From: an uncultured Planctomycetaceae bacterium
GTDB lineage: Bacteria; Planctomycetota; Planctomycetia; Pirellulales; Pirellulaceae
Length of the DNA stretch: 64,000 nucleotides
Assembly: GCA_963803365.1 (NCBI GenBank)
Contig: CAWDMH010000011.1
Coordinates: 198,539-262,538, forward strand
Reading direction: 5' to 3'
Shown here: piece after piece, positions 28,348 through 39,603 of the stretch
Layout: each line of letters starts with the position of its first letter
How positions within the stretch are numbered: the stretch's first letter is position 1
Program-made: the position numbers and the translations under genes
Notes under the pieces: generated by a model
What the model was told of the DNA's origin: nothing
Database searches by the model: none
Seen by the model: only the letters and a program-made list of their open reading frames with translations

Positions 28348-29679
28348 TAGGGCGGGATTGCCGGGTGGGACGGCATCGTCGAGCCATTGAGTTAGGCGAG
28401 ATTGCAGTTCTTTGACTTTGTCGGGACGAGCGTCGGCGACATTGTTGGATTCGCTGATGTCGGCGGCCAGGTTGTAGAGTTCAATGCCGTTGCCGCCGCC
28501 GGCGTTGGCGGCTTTGGGTCTGGCAAGCAGTTTCCAGTCGCCCATCCGAATCGCGGCGGCGTTCGGGGACATACCGGGCAGAAACAGCGCGTCGTGTGGC
28601 GATGGAGCGCCTGCTGTCAACACTGGCCAGATGTCGCATCCGTCCAGTGGCAGGTTGTGGTCGAGCGAGCCGCCCGCCAACTTCACCAGCGTCGGGTACA
28701 TGTCAACGATGTGCAGCGGTTGGTCGATCGTTTTGCCCGAGGGAATGTGGCCTGGCCAGGCAATGCAGGCACACACGCGGATGCCGCCTTCGTAGATCGT
28801 GCCCTTGCCGGCTCGCAGCGGAGCGTTCGACGTGACTTTGCCGAGCGACGGGCCGCCATTGTCGCTGGAGAAGACGATCAGCGTGTTGTCGAAGATGCCC
28901 TGTTCCTTCAACATCGCCACGATCTGCCCGACGCCCTCGTCCATCGCCGCCACCATGCCCGCGTACGTGCGGCGGACTCCGGTGAGCTTGTCGAACGGTT
29001 CGGTGTACCGGTCGGGGACTTGGTGCGGCGCGTGAACCGCGTTGAACGGAACGTACAGAAAAAGCGGCTTGTCGGCTTGCCGCTGGCGAATCAGGCGGCA
29101 AGCTTCGGCCGCCACGAGGTTCGTCGAGTAGCCTTCTTCTTTCAGTGGCTGGTCGTCGCGATGCCAGTCCAGTTTGCCATTTCGCATGTGCGTGAAGTAG
29201 TCGATCGCACCGAACCAATGGCCGTATTGATGATCGAAGCCGCGATGAGTCGGCAAGTAACCAGGTTGAAACTCCCCCAGATGCCACTTGCCACAGATCG
29301 CCGTTTCGTAACCGGCGTCGTGCAGTGCCTGGGCCAACGTTCGCTCGGCCAGCGGCAATCCCCACGGCGCTCCCGGCCGCACCACTTGATAGACTCCGGT
29401 CCGCGTCACGTAACGGCCGGTCATCAGCGACGATCGAGTCGGCGAGCAAACCGGCTGGACATAGAACGACGACAGAACCACACCCGAGCGTGCCAACTTG
29501 TCCAGATTCGGCGTGCGGATTTCCTTGCTGCCCATGAAGCCGGAGTCCTGGTAGCCTTGGTCGTCTGAGAGAATGAAAACGATGTTCGGTTTTGAACGAT
29601 CCACCTGCGCAGCCGCCAGTGTCCCGGTGAAGAGCAACGTCGTACCGACGATCAGCGTACCGAAGTGTTTCGTCATCAT
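28345..29679 (-). CDS. arylsulfatase (formylglycine-dependent sulfatase family)
   Basis: A signal peptide follows the ATG at 29679. The motifs PNIVFILSDDQGYQD and the FGly motif VCSPTRSSLMTGRY are present, and the rest fits the family (..GKWHLG.., ..DNGG..). Confidence 0.9.
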   Translation of the reverse strand: MMTKHFGTLIVGTTLLFTGTLAAAQVDRSKPNIVFILSDDQGYQDSGFMGSKEIRTPNLDKLARSGVVLSSFYVQPVCSPTRSSLMTGRYVTRTGVYQVVRPGAPWGLPLAERTLAQALHDAGYETAICGKWHLGEFQPGYLPTHRGFDHQYGHWFGAIDYFTHMRNGKLDWHRDDQPLKEEGYSTNLVAAEACRLIRQRQADKPLFLYVPFNAVHAPHQVPDRYTEPFDKLTGVRRTYAGMVAAMDEGVGQIVAMLKEQGIFDNTLIVFSSDNGGPSLGKVTSNAPLRAGKGTIYEGGIRVCACIAWPGHIPSGKTIDQPLHIVDMYPTLVKLAGGSLDHNLPLDGCDIWPVLTAGAPSPHDALFLPGMSPNAAAIRMGDWKLLARPKAANAGGGNGIELYNLAADISESNNVADARPDKVKELQSRLTQWLDDAVPPGNPAL

Positions 29680-30222
29680 TGTGCATCCTCCAATGGCCAA
29701 ACCAGTTTGCATCGAGCAAGTCGCGACTTCTTCATTTTCCTGTCCGTGATTTTCCTGTCCACTACACCCGTACACCAGAAAGGGGACGCAGCTCAATTGC
29801 CCAATTGCTCAATGCGTCTCCCCAAGCACTGCCATACCTCCAGTCATCCGCGGTCGTCGACAATCCGACCCGCAGCGGATTTCGTTCCACGTAACGGTGT
29901 ACGGCCAGCAGATGCTCGCGGGTTTTAATCTACAGGCTCGAAAGGACGCAACTCTTTATGCGTTCAAGCGAGAGATGCGTCCGCTGGAAATTTCTTGCAC
30001 GGCGACGACGATCAAGTCGTCCCCATCGGCGCCAGTGCTATGCTCTCGTCAAAACTGGTTTAAGATGCGAAACTGAAGGTGTATAAGGGGGCTCCACACG
30101 GAATGTGCTCAACGCATCAGGTCGAGGTGAACGAAGACCTGCTGGAGTTTTTCAGGTCGTGAGCGGCCCCACAGCTGCTGGTTCGAACCTGATCATCTTT
30201 TCAGCTTTTTGAAGGAGCACCC

Positions 30223-30711
30223 ATGACAACGGTAAGCGATATGTCCGCCGGGCTTGGTATTGAAGCCGTCGACAAGATCTCGCAAGAACTTCGCCAACTA
30301 TTGGCGGACGTCTTCGCGATTTATTTCAAAACGAAGAACTTTCACTGGCATGTCAGCGGTCGGCATTTTCGGGACTATCATCTGCTGCTCGACGAGCAAG
30401 CTGGGCAACTGTTCGCCATGACCGACGATATTGCCGAGCGGGCTCGCAAGATTGGCGGAACGACGTTGCGGTCGATCTCGGACATCACGCGCAACCAACG
30501 CATCAAGGACAACAACGAAGAATCGGTCGCTCCCATTGAGATGCTGGCCGAGCTTGCCGCGGATAATCGAGCGTTGACGCAGTCGCTGCGGGAGACACAT
30601 GAGATTTGCGATGAATACCGCGACGTCGCGACAGCCAGTCTGATCGAGAATTGGATTGACCAGACCGAGCGGCGAGTCTGGTTTCTGGCGCAGATCACAG
30701 AAGGCCATTAG
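30223..30711 (+). CDS. dps: Dps-family DNA-binding ferritin-like protein
   Basis: LRQLLADVFAIYFKTKNFHWHVSGRHFRDYHLLLDEQAGQLFAMTDDIAERARKIGG fits the family. A gaaggag Shine-Dalgarno sequence lies 7 nt upstream of the ATG. Confidence 0.9.
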   Translation: MTTVSDMSAGLGIEAVDKISQELRQLLADVFAIYFKTKNFHWHVSGRHFRDYHLLLDEQAGQLFAMTDDIAERARKIGGTTLRSISDITRNQRIKDNNEESVAPIEMLAELAADNRALTQSLRETHEICDEYRDVATASLIENWIDQTERRVWFLAQITEGH

Positions 30712-30834
30712 TCGACTCTCCCAAAGCGGATCCCGTCGGACACGATTTGTGAACGTTTACGGGTCCATTGATTGTAGCTGAATTCGCAAGGGTTCAGTTT
30801 CCAGCGAGTTAACGAATTTTCGGGAATCCGGCTA

Positions 30835-30960
30835 GTGCTTTGTCAGGTCTTAGAATTGGGGTTGTGTGCCACTGGCTTCGCCAGTGCGGGTCGGCAATAC
30901 ACGACGCTCATGTACACTGGCACAGCCAGTGGCACCCCAAAATTAAACTTGACACGGCAC
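30835..30960. mobile_element. MITE family D, intact copy D2 (TA-flanked, ~40-bp terminal inverted repeats)
   Basis: TA gtgctttgtcaggtcttagaattggggttgtgtgccactggc ... gccagtggcaccccaaaattaaacttgacacggcac TA. Confidence 0.85.
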
Positions 30961-30993
30961 TAGTCGAAAACAAAGCGGTGACAAGGCACTACC

Positions 30994-32061
30994 TCACTCA
31001 CGCGCAGCATCCAACGTGACGCCGGCCGCTTTTGCCGCAGCTTCGACTTCGTTCCAAGTTCCGAAGATCGCGTCGACGTGCTTTTTCAATTCGTTTCGAT
31101 TGGCATCGTCGATTTGACGAATCTTTGCAAACAGTTCGTGCATTTCACCGCGCAGCGAATCGTGCCGCCGTAGAAACTCGATCGATTCCTGCCAAGCATC
31201 CCGGTGTCGCTTGAAAGCGGCGACAAAATCTGTTGGGCATTGGCCAAAATCTAGACAGTCGATTGCCAAAACATAGGCCGCAACTGCAGTCCCCAACGAT
31301 TCGGTCTTAGCCAACAAATCGCGTTGTTTCCCCAGGACCGAATCCATTTGGATAATGCGCTGAATCTCTACCGGCGCGTTAGTTTGATGGCCCAGAACGA
31401 ATTTCCCGTTTTCGTCGGTGATCCCGATAACTGATTTTCCGGTCGAATCGTCTCGAAACTGGACGGTCAAGTGTGCCTGCGGTTTGCCGTCCAATAGGAC
31501 GGTTCCAGCAACCGCATGCTTATTTGTAGTCGAATCCAAGTCGCTCCGCCGCTGACAGGCGAATTGAACCTCGTTCGATTCGCCGTGCCGCTCGATCAAC
31601 ACGAAAATATCCATTCGCTCAGCGTTGACTCGGCGAAACGTCAACCCGTCGAAGAACGCTTCGTTCGCGGTCAACTTGAGCAATGGAAACTCAACCGACT
31701 TGTCCTTGTCCTCCCATCCAACGAGATTCGCGTCAAAGTGTTTGATCCGCAGCCGAAGCGAATCGCCATCGGGAACGATCGAGCAGATTTCGTAGAATCC
31801 AATTCCGTCCTCCTTGACCAATTTGAACATTCCGACCATCGTCCCGCCGCTGGGTGGATTCCAGGTTTCCTCGAAGTGACCACCCAATGCCTCGCCCTGC
31901 CAGCTCCCTGCAATCCAAGCTAAATCGTCAACTTTCGCCGCCGGTCGGCTTGTTACGTCGGACGCCGACAGCAGGTTGGCAAACTGCTGGCGATCGTTTT
32001 GTGCGAACGTCGCGGATGCGGTCAAGGCACCGACGGCGAGCAGGAGAATGCTTCGAAACAT
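30994..32061 (-). CDS. secreted protein with a DUF6265-like N-terminal domain and a carboxypeptidase-regulatory-like middle segment
   Basis: A signal peptide follows the ATG at 32061, which is preceded by an aaagga SD. WIAGSWQGEALGGHFEETWNPPSGGTMVGMF...LRLRIKHFD recalls DUF6265. VAGTVLLDGKPQAHLTVQF...ITDENGKFVL is CarboxypepD_reg-like. The family call is from memory only. Confidence 0.55.
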   Translation of the reverse strand: MFRSILLLAVGALTASATFAQNDRQQFANLLSASDVTSRPAAKVDDLAWIAGSWQGEALGGHFEETWNPPSGGTMVGMFKLVKEDGIGFYEICSIVPDGDSLRLRIKHFDANLVGWEDKDKSVEFPLLKLTANEAFFDGLTFRRVNAERMDIFVLIERHGESNEVQFACQRRSDLDSTTNKHAVAGTVLLDGKPQAHLTVQFRDDSTGKSVIGITDENGKFVLGHQTNAPVEIQRIIQMDSVLGKQRDLLAKTESLGTAVAAYVLAIDCLDFGQCPTDFVAAFKRHRDAWQESIEFLRRHDSLRGEMHELFAKIRQIDDANRNELKKHVDAIFGTWNEVEAAAKAAGVTLDAARE

Positions 32062-32402
32062 GTTCGGCGTTCCTTTCGGATTCATCACGGTTGCTTTGAG
32101 ATCGACGATACTATAGCGGGTGTCCAATCCGACTTCCACTAATGGGTTGCTAAGCGCCAAACCGGGTGACCACCGGAGCGGGTCCGGTGGGGTCGTGGAT
32201 GGAGATGCCGTACGCGCTGACGAGTGCGCAAACCCGATGACCACCGGAGCAGGTCCGGTGGGGGAACCGCATGAACGGACTGCGTAGGGAGATCGCGCGA
32301 GGGGATGGCAAGAGGAGATGGCGCAAGGAGATTGGACAACGAAACTGGGCGGGGAGGTTGCGCAATGGGGTTTGCCAAGGAGTTTGCCCGGGGGTTGTAT
32401 TG

Positions 32403-35400
32403 TTATTGGGCCTTGATGGAGAGGCTTTCGCTGTGGCTACTGAATTCGGGGGCGTACATACATTGAATCTCCGCGAAGCCGGTTTGGTATTCACCGCGCA
32501 GTTGCACGCGTGTCGAGTACTCGAAGACGTACGTCCCGCGTGGCAGATAATCGATGAAAAAGTGACTCGCGGTGTCTCGCGTCGATTGGTAGTACGCCAA
32601 GCCATCTTGATAACGATATTGCGATAGTACCTCGACCGGTTCGGTACCGCTGCCCCGGTAGTCCTTCATGTGCACGAATTCCATATCGCGATCGACCCGA
32701 AGCTCGATCCGCACGACGAGTTCGTCTCCGACAGAAACCGGATCGTTGCCGACCGGGACGAGCGTGGGGCCTTGGTCCGTGTTCTTCTTGACGTAGAGCG
32801 ATTTTTTAAGTTTCAGTGGTGTACCTTCGTACGCCGTGACCTTACTCATGTCCTCCAAGTACTGCCAGTGAAGGCTTCCCCAAGCGATATTGGGATTCGG
32901 ATTGACGACGGTGATTTGAGCCATTTCGGGTTTGATTTCGGCGGCCGGAAAGCGATGCCGATAATATCCCGTCCCGGCTTCGACCTTGTCGGGCGTGACG
33001 GTAACCGAGCCGAGTTTGACTTCGACGAGTTTGTCGGCGGCCAGCCAATTTCGCCCTCGTCCAAGCAATGCGTACACGGCGTCGGCGGTTGCTTTGGTGG
33101 TCTTCCAATCTTGAGTCTGTTTTTGTTTGACCAACCAGATTTGCAGTTCCTCGACCGCAGCCGGATCCGCAGCGACTTCGTCGAAGACTTCGATCATCAG
33201 CGCTTGCGTCTCAATCGGTGCGCGGTACCACCACCATTGCTCTTCGCCTTCGCGCCAGTACATTCCCATCTCATCGTCTTGAAGGCTGCGTTCGCGAAGC
33301 GACTTGACGATTTCTTTGGGTGTTTCTAAATCGCCGAATCGTTTGAGAGCAATCGCCAGGTGGCCTTGCGGCATGCGATCGCCAAGTTTGGGCCAGAACT
33401 GTTTGGCCTGTCCCAAGAAGTAGTCCACGGCGGTCTTGGCGGCTGGGTCGATCGCTTGGTCTTTTAAGAAGAAGCTGCGGCCATAGAGATAAAAACAAAT
33501 CGTTGGCGACAAATGGTTGGCTTCCGGATGACCGTGGTGCAGAATCTCTTGATAGGTCTCGTCGATCCACTTGTCGAGTTCCGCCAGCGACTTGACGGCC
33601 GGACTGATATCGACGTCGACGCCGAGGTGCCGCAATCGTCCGAAGCCGGTGGTGATATACAGCGTGATGAATTCGTTGGCGCGGCCACCGGGAAACCAGG
33701 ACCAGGTGCCGTCGACATATTGGTTAGCGACCAGTTTCTGCATCGCAATGCGGATTTCGCTGTTCATGCGATTCTCTTCGAACAGAATTCCGACGTTGCG
33801 ACGAGCCTGGCTTTCCTGTTTGGCCTCCAGCAGCCAGGGGGTCTCCTGAATCATGATGGACTTCAAGTCTTCGTTTTTCTCTAGCGGGCTGTCCAATGCG
33901 TCCGTGCCGCGCCATTGATCGAAAATCTTGCGGACCTTTGGATCGCTGTTGGCGATATGTTGCGCCAGTGCGTTGGCGTAAAGTCGATTAAACGTCTGCT
34001 CGTTGCACTCGTATGGATATTCCATCAAGTAGGGCAGGGCGAGCACGGCGTACCAGGCCGGGTTGCTCGTGACCTGTACGGTCAAGCTTTCCTGAACCAA
34101 CGATTCGGACTTGACCGCCTCGGCCATGCGTTGAAAGTCGAACTTGCGAGTCTGATTGCCGCGGATTGGCAGCGGCAGCGATTCCTGGACCAGGACGCGT
34201 TTGGTGAGTACGGGCAAGAAGCTTTCCTCGCCGTCGGACAATCGATCGGTCGCCCCAACGACTTTGTAAGTGACGACTCTTGCGCCGTCGGGAACCGTTA
34301 ACTTCCAAGCAATCGTCTGCGATTGTCCGGCGGGAATGTCGAATGTCTGGTCGGCTTGCGAATTGCCGAACAACGAATCGAGTGGCTCGGAATTTGACGC
34401 ATCAGTCAAAGAAAGTCGCCGTTCCGGATTGAGCCGTCGCGGATTGATTGCTGACCTTGGCGGTGAACTCGACTATGTCGCCCTCACGCAGAAAGCGCGG
34501 TGGGTTGGGTTGGACCATCAAATCTTTTTTCGTGACCACCTTGCCCGTCAACAAACCTGCGCAGAGGTCTCGGTTGTGGGCAAAGCCGAGGAACTTCCAT
34601 TCAGTGAGTGCCTCGGGCATCGTGAACTCGATAGAAACAACGCCGTCTTTATCGGCAATCAAGCTCGGGAAGAAAAACGCCGTTTCGTTCAAATTTCTTC
34701 GCGCGCTGACTTGGCTGAGATCGGGACCAGGAGGAGGAGCCCCCGCAGGTCCATCGGCGGGTTTTTCGATGCCGAGGTTAGCCGTTTTGGTCGCCAGCCC
34801 GTCAAAACCTCCCAGATCTTTCCCGCCCTGTACGCCAGACTCCGCCGCCGATGATGGAAGCGCCGAATTAAAATCGGCGGTCCGATCAAACATGCTCTCG
34901 TTTCTTAACCTCCCACCCATCCCTTGCGGTCGAGCGTAGTACCCAAATTGTGCGACGATGTCCGGTGAAAAATACCGATACGTCCAAGATTCGTCCTGCA
35001 AATCAGTCCGCCAGCCCCAGTACAAGTAGTTCAAGGTCTTGAGTTGGTTTTCGAATTGGAAGCTGAAACGCGAATTGTCAATTCGAAAGACATTAAATCC
35101 CGTTGGCCAATCGTGTGGCAGAAACGCATCCAGCGAAGCGTCGTACAGCGCTGCCACCATTTCCATCGCGCGATCGGCCGCCTCGGGCCCAGTGATCGAC
35201 ACGGACCATTTTTCCTTCGCTCCCGGTTCGAGCTTGGAAACAAAGTGTTCCCATTTGACCTTCAGTTCCTTGTTGCTCCAGGGAACGTCGACTCGAAAGG
35301 ACGTCAGGTAAGCGCGGTTCTCCTGAACATGCGTCACGTGAACGACGAATCCGCCGCGCATCGACTCGCTGACCGGAACGCGAATCATCTGTTGCGTCTT

Positions 35401-38400
35401 GTTGTCGCCGGTCCAATACGAATCGATCATCTTGCCGCGGTGTTCGATCTCTACGAACGCGCGTCCGGATTCGTAACCGGTGCCCCAAAGCCCGACAAAT
35501 TCTTGGCCGACTTCGACCGTCGCCTTTTCGGCTCGAAAAACGTCGGGCAGCTTGATGGCGAATCGATCGGCGTTGGGAGTCAGCACTTCGACTACTTTCT
35601 CGTCGCTAACCGAGTTTCCAAAGCGATCTTGAGACTCGACGACTACTTTGTAGACGCCGCCGCCTAGCTCGAAGGATTCGGTCGCTTTGCCTTCCGCGTC
35701 GGTGGTAACCTTTTGGGAGGTAACTTGTTCGCCAATGGGCCAGGTCTTGATATCCGACCAATCGGGAGGAACATCGGGAAGCTTGTCGAGAGTCGGATTT
35801 GGCCGGAAGTAGTACCAGCGCGGACTCAACTTGACTCGCGATACCGATTCGGGCGACTGAAGCCGGTAAACGTTGATGGTCGCGTCGGCCGACTGCGGCT
35901 TGCCGTCCAAGGTTGTCGTGGCGACGTTGACCGCGACCGGTTTGGATTCGGTTTGCCACTCGTCGATGGCGACCGCGGCGTTTAGTGCCGTATACCCGAC
36001 GGTGATCGTGACCGAATTACTGCGGGTTTCCCCAGTCGTATCGGTGACGTCGGCGTAGATGGTGTAGCTGAATTTTGGTTCGCTGAGTTTGGGAACGGTG
36101 CGATCCGGCACGGCCGTGAATTCGATGTCGAATGTGCCATCCAATTTGGTCGTTGCGGCGCCGTGCGCGATCTCTTGCGTTTCTGTATTGATCGGCCACC
36201 ACCAGCAACGCCAATACCACCACGGAGCGATTTGCACGCCGCGAACCACGCGGTACGCAACGCTTGCGCCGTCGATGGGGGCGGAGGTGTATGAAGTCGC
36301 TGTGCCGGTGACGGTGACTTTGTCGTCTAAGCGAGCAGCGATCTTGGGAGGTTCGACCTCGACATAGAACTTGGGACGTTTGTACTCTTCGACGTTGAAA
36401 TTCGTTGTGCCAGTTGATCCCGATGTAACTCGAATCGACATTTGCCCGGTCCCTCGGTCGCGGGGCGCGGTGAAACTTCCGCTGATCGATCCGAAGCGAT
36501 TCGAAGTCAGCTTGAGTTCTTCGATTTGCTGATTGTTGTAGTCGAACAAAGCAACCGTGATCGAACGATCGGGGATCACGTGATAGACATCTGCCGACTG
36601 ATTCTGGTCAAGCACCACTCCTTTGAACTGGATCGTTTGGCCGGGTCGGTAGATCGAGCGGTCGGTGAAAAAGACGGTCGTTTGTTGGTTGCTATCCCAT
36701 TGATGACCATCGTAGACGTAGCCGCCTTGTGCCGATGCGAGCATCTGGTCACCGTTGATTGCCCGAACCATATAGCGAAACTGTTTATCGCATTCCTTGC
36801 GGTAAATACCGTTTTGATCGGTGTGGAGCACCTCCGGCAGGGTGAATCGTTCACGGCGCTGGCGGTCGTTGACAACCCACAATTCAACTTTTGCGTCGGC
36901 CACCGGTTTTCCGCTGATTGCGTCCAGCACCATGCCTTCGATCACCCGGTCGTATCGGGTTCGCTGAATGAGCGCCAGCGTACTGACCCACACTTCGCAA
37001 AACGACAGGTTGTTATCGTTCTTGCCAAAGTCCTCGCGGTGGCTGGAGATCAAGTAATAGGAACCCGGTTTTAAGTCTTGCGGGATCGCGATTTTTTCAA
37101 CTCGTTCGCGAAAGTCCGTGGTGGGTGGCAGATTTGCCGACCAGGTTCGCGTCGGTTTTTCGAGGAGCAATTTCTCCCGCGCGTCTTGACCGATGTTCTC
37201 CGGCGACCAGTCTCCGGACGCAGTCCAGGTCGCAAAATCAAACGGCACCAGACGAAAGAATGCTTGGTTCACGTTGCGATACGTAATATCGATCGTCGGC
37301 AACGGCTGATTCCAAACTCGCTCGGTCGTGATGGAGACCGAGGGCGCTGCGATGTTCTTGATGATGTTTCGGCAGCGGTTGGCCAGGGGTCCGTCGGTGT
37401 GGCGGGCGATCGCCTTTTGGCAAACTTCGCGTGCCTCGACCGGCTTGTCTTGCGATTGCAGCAATCTCGCCCACTCGGCCGACGCGGCACACATCAACTC
37501 GTGATCTCCGGCGGACTCGATGAATTGCGCGAGGGCCGCTGAAAACCTCGCGTCTTTTTCCGGCCCGAAGGCTTCATCGTGTCCGTAAAGCAGTCGCTGC
37601 AAGTCGAGATCCATTCGCGCCGACGGATCATCGTCCCGGGCATGAAATTGCATCAAGTCTTGAAACAGCCGGAGCATTTGACGATCGGCGACGAATTGTC
37701 CGCGGGCAGTTTCCAAGCGAGAAAGTCATCGGTCGGGCCGAATATCGCGGTGCCGGCCGACAAATCGAAAGCGTCTTGGGGCCGCACTCGCTGTTCGGCC
37801 AGGCTGTAGAAGGTGATGGCGTCTTGCGCCATGAAGTCAAACAAGGTCGGCCGATACTTGTCCGGCGCGGTCCCTGCCACCAGCAACGCTGAGTACTTTT
37901 CGACGGGGATTTGTTTGAGTGTATCCGGGTCGGCCAGCGACCCGGTGAACAGCTTTTCGGCCTCGGCAAGAATCCGCGTCAAGTCCCACGTTTCAAAGTC
38001 ATCGCCGGGAGCTTGCACCGTCTGTGTTCGCTGTTGAAACTGCCAACGGTTTTGCTGATAGTAGTTCCAATACCAATTCGCCAAGATCGCTTTTAGGACC
38101 GGCTTCATTTCGTCGGGGTATTGGTCCAGGTCGGATTGCAGCAACTTGATGGCAACGGCCTGACTGCCGCCTTCGATTTGTGCGGTGATGACGTACTTGC
38201 GGCAGACCGCGTGGATGGCGTCGTCGAATGCTCGATCTTTTTTTGCCGAAGCGATGATCTTGTCGAGTTCCTCGATCGCCGTTTTGGGCAATGCTTTTCC
38301 CAACGCCTGTTCAACTTTTTTCCACATCGCTGTCCTGTCGTCGTCTGAGTGGATCGCGACTCGATACGTCGCGGCCGCAAAAACTATGAAACCTGTTACG

Positions 38401-38420
38401 GCCAGCAAAACAATGGCCAA
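32403..38420 (-). CDS. bacterial alpha-2-macroglobulin family protein (~2000 aa) with a CNEQ thioester motif; frame breaks near 37708 and 34408
   Basis: Three consecutive ORFs (37653..38420, 34402..37716, 32403..34409) read on from one another. The N-terminal TM is MAIVLLAVTGFIVFAAA. MG-type beta-sandwich segments follow. LMEYPYECNEQTFNRLYANAL is the thioester region. The C-terminal receptor-binding-like domain is also present. Confidence 0.85.
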
Positions 38421-38724
38421 TCGCCACGGGTCATTTGTTGTTATCCTATTTGATTGTTCCAGACGACGTCAGCGTTCGCAGCACATGTTGAGAAAAAGCG
38501 GACGCTAGAAAAAACGGAGGCTGCCACCGTCAACTTGAACGTTGGACAGTTTACCGCGAAGGCAAGTTCCACATAAGTTGCCCTTTTTTCAATCTGATAA
38601 TGGCCGACGCCAGCTTCACGATTCGCGGCGCCAAGAGATCGACAACATGTCCCATGCTGTCATGACGAACGAAGAACCCAAGTGTTACGCCGGCACCTTC
38701 TAAAAGGACAGACATCCGAAAAAA

Positions 38725-39402
38725 ATGACCGTTGACTCGCAGCCCCACTGGGAAGAAACGAAGGCTCAGCGACTCAAACTCGTTGAACTTCTCCGCAAAC
38801 AGGGCATCGGCGATGATCGCGTACTGAAGGCGATCGCCACGACACCCGAGAAATCTTCGTGCCGACGGCGACTCCGACCGAAGGCTTACCGGAACACGGC
38901 GCTGCCCATCGGGTTTGGCCAGACGATCTCTCAGCCCTTGGTGGTAGCCATGATGTTACAAGCGGCGTCGCCGCGGGCTACCGATCGGGTATTGGAAGTC
39001 GGGGCCGGCTCCGGTTATGTGGCAGCGTTGACTGGAGCGATGGCAGCGGATGTTTTCGCCATAGAACGCGACGCGAGGTTTGTTCGCCGGGCTCGCGCAG
39101 AATCAGTTGCCTCGGACGCAAGAACATACATATCATCCACGCCAACGGTTTCGACGGATGGCCCGCGCAGGCTCCATTTGACGCAATCATCGTGTCCGCT
39201 TGCCCCGGCGATTCCGCCGGCACTGAAGGCTCAGCTGAAAATCGGCGGCCGGATGGTGATCCCGTTGGGAAATGAGCGCGAAACGCAGCAATTGGTATTG
39301 CTCACGCATCCTGGAAAAGACGTATATTCCCAAATGGACATCGCGGCGGTAAGGTTTGTTCCTTTGGTCGACGAGTTTCCTGCGAAATCCGAGTCCGATT
39401 GA
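38725..39402 (+). CDS. pcm: protein-L-isoaspartate O-methyltransferase; four frame breaks (about 38847, 38870, 39110 and 39206)
   Basis: Frame 1 reads AYRNTALPIGFGQTISQPLVVAMMLQ...DRVLEVGAGSGYVAALT and IPPALKAQLKIGGRMVIPLG. ORF 38859..39275 (the other frame) supplies REIFVP and NIHIIHANGFDGWPAQAPFDAIIVSACP. Confidence 0.8.
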   Translation: MTVDSQPHWEETKAQRLKLVELLRKQGIGDDRVLKAIATTPEKSSCRRRLRPKAYRNTALPIGFGQTISQPLVVAMMLQAASPRATDRVLEVGAGSGYVAALTGAMAADVFAIERDARFVRRARAESVASDARTYISSTPTVSTDGPRRLHLTQSSCPLAPAIPPALKAQLKIGGRMVIPLGNERETQQLVLLTHPGKDVYSQMDIAAVRFVPLVDEFPAKSESD

Positions 39403-39603
39403 CGATTCCCGGCGACGCGGACCGTTGTTGGACGTCAATCAATACTAACGTGGTGTACCAGTGTATCTGAGAGTATCTCGAACGACCTTGCTCCCATTGA
39501 GTTCATTCCAGGGTTCGCCACCGTGACTGTTGTTCCACCCGGTTTTATGAGACGATAATAACTGCGGCCCGCCACGGAACGAGAACTCGAATTTGGATTG
39601 AAA

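Noticed and set aside
28402-29719. 388-aa plus-strand ORF and 338-aa minus-strand ORF overlapping the sulfatase gene
   Set aside because: The sulfatase frame carries the SDDQG and CSPTR motifs. The competing frames have no motifs and a skewed composition.
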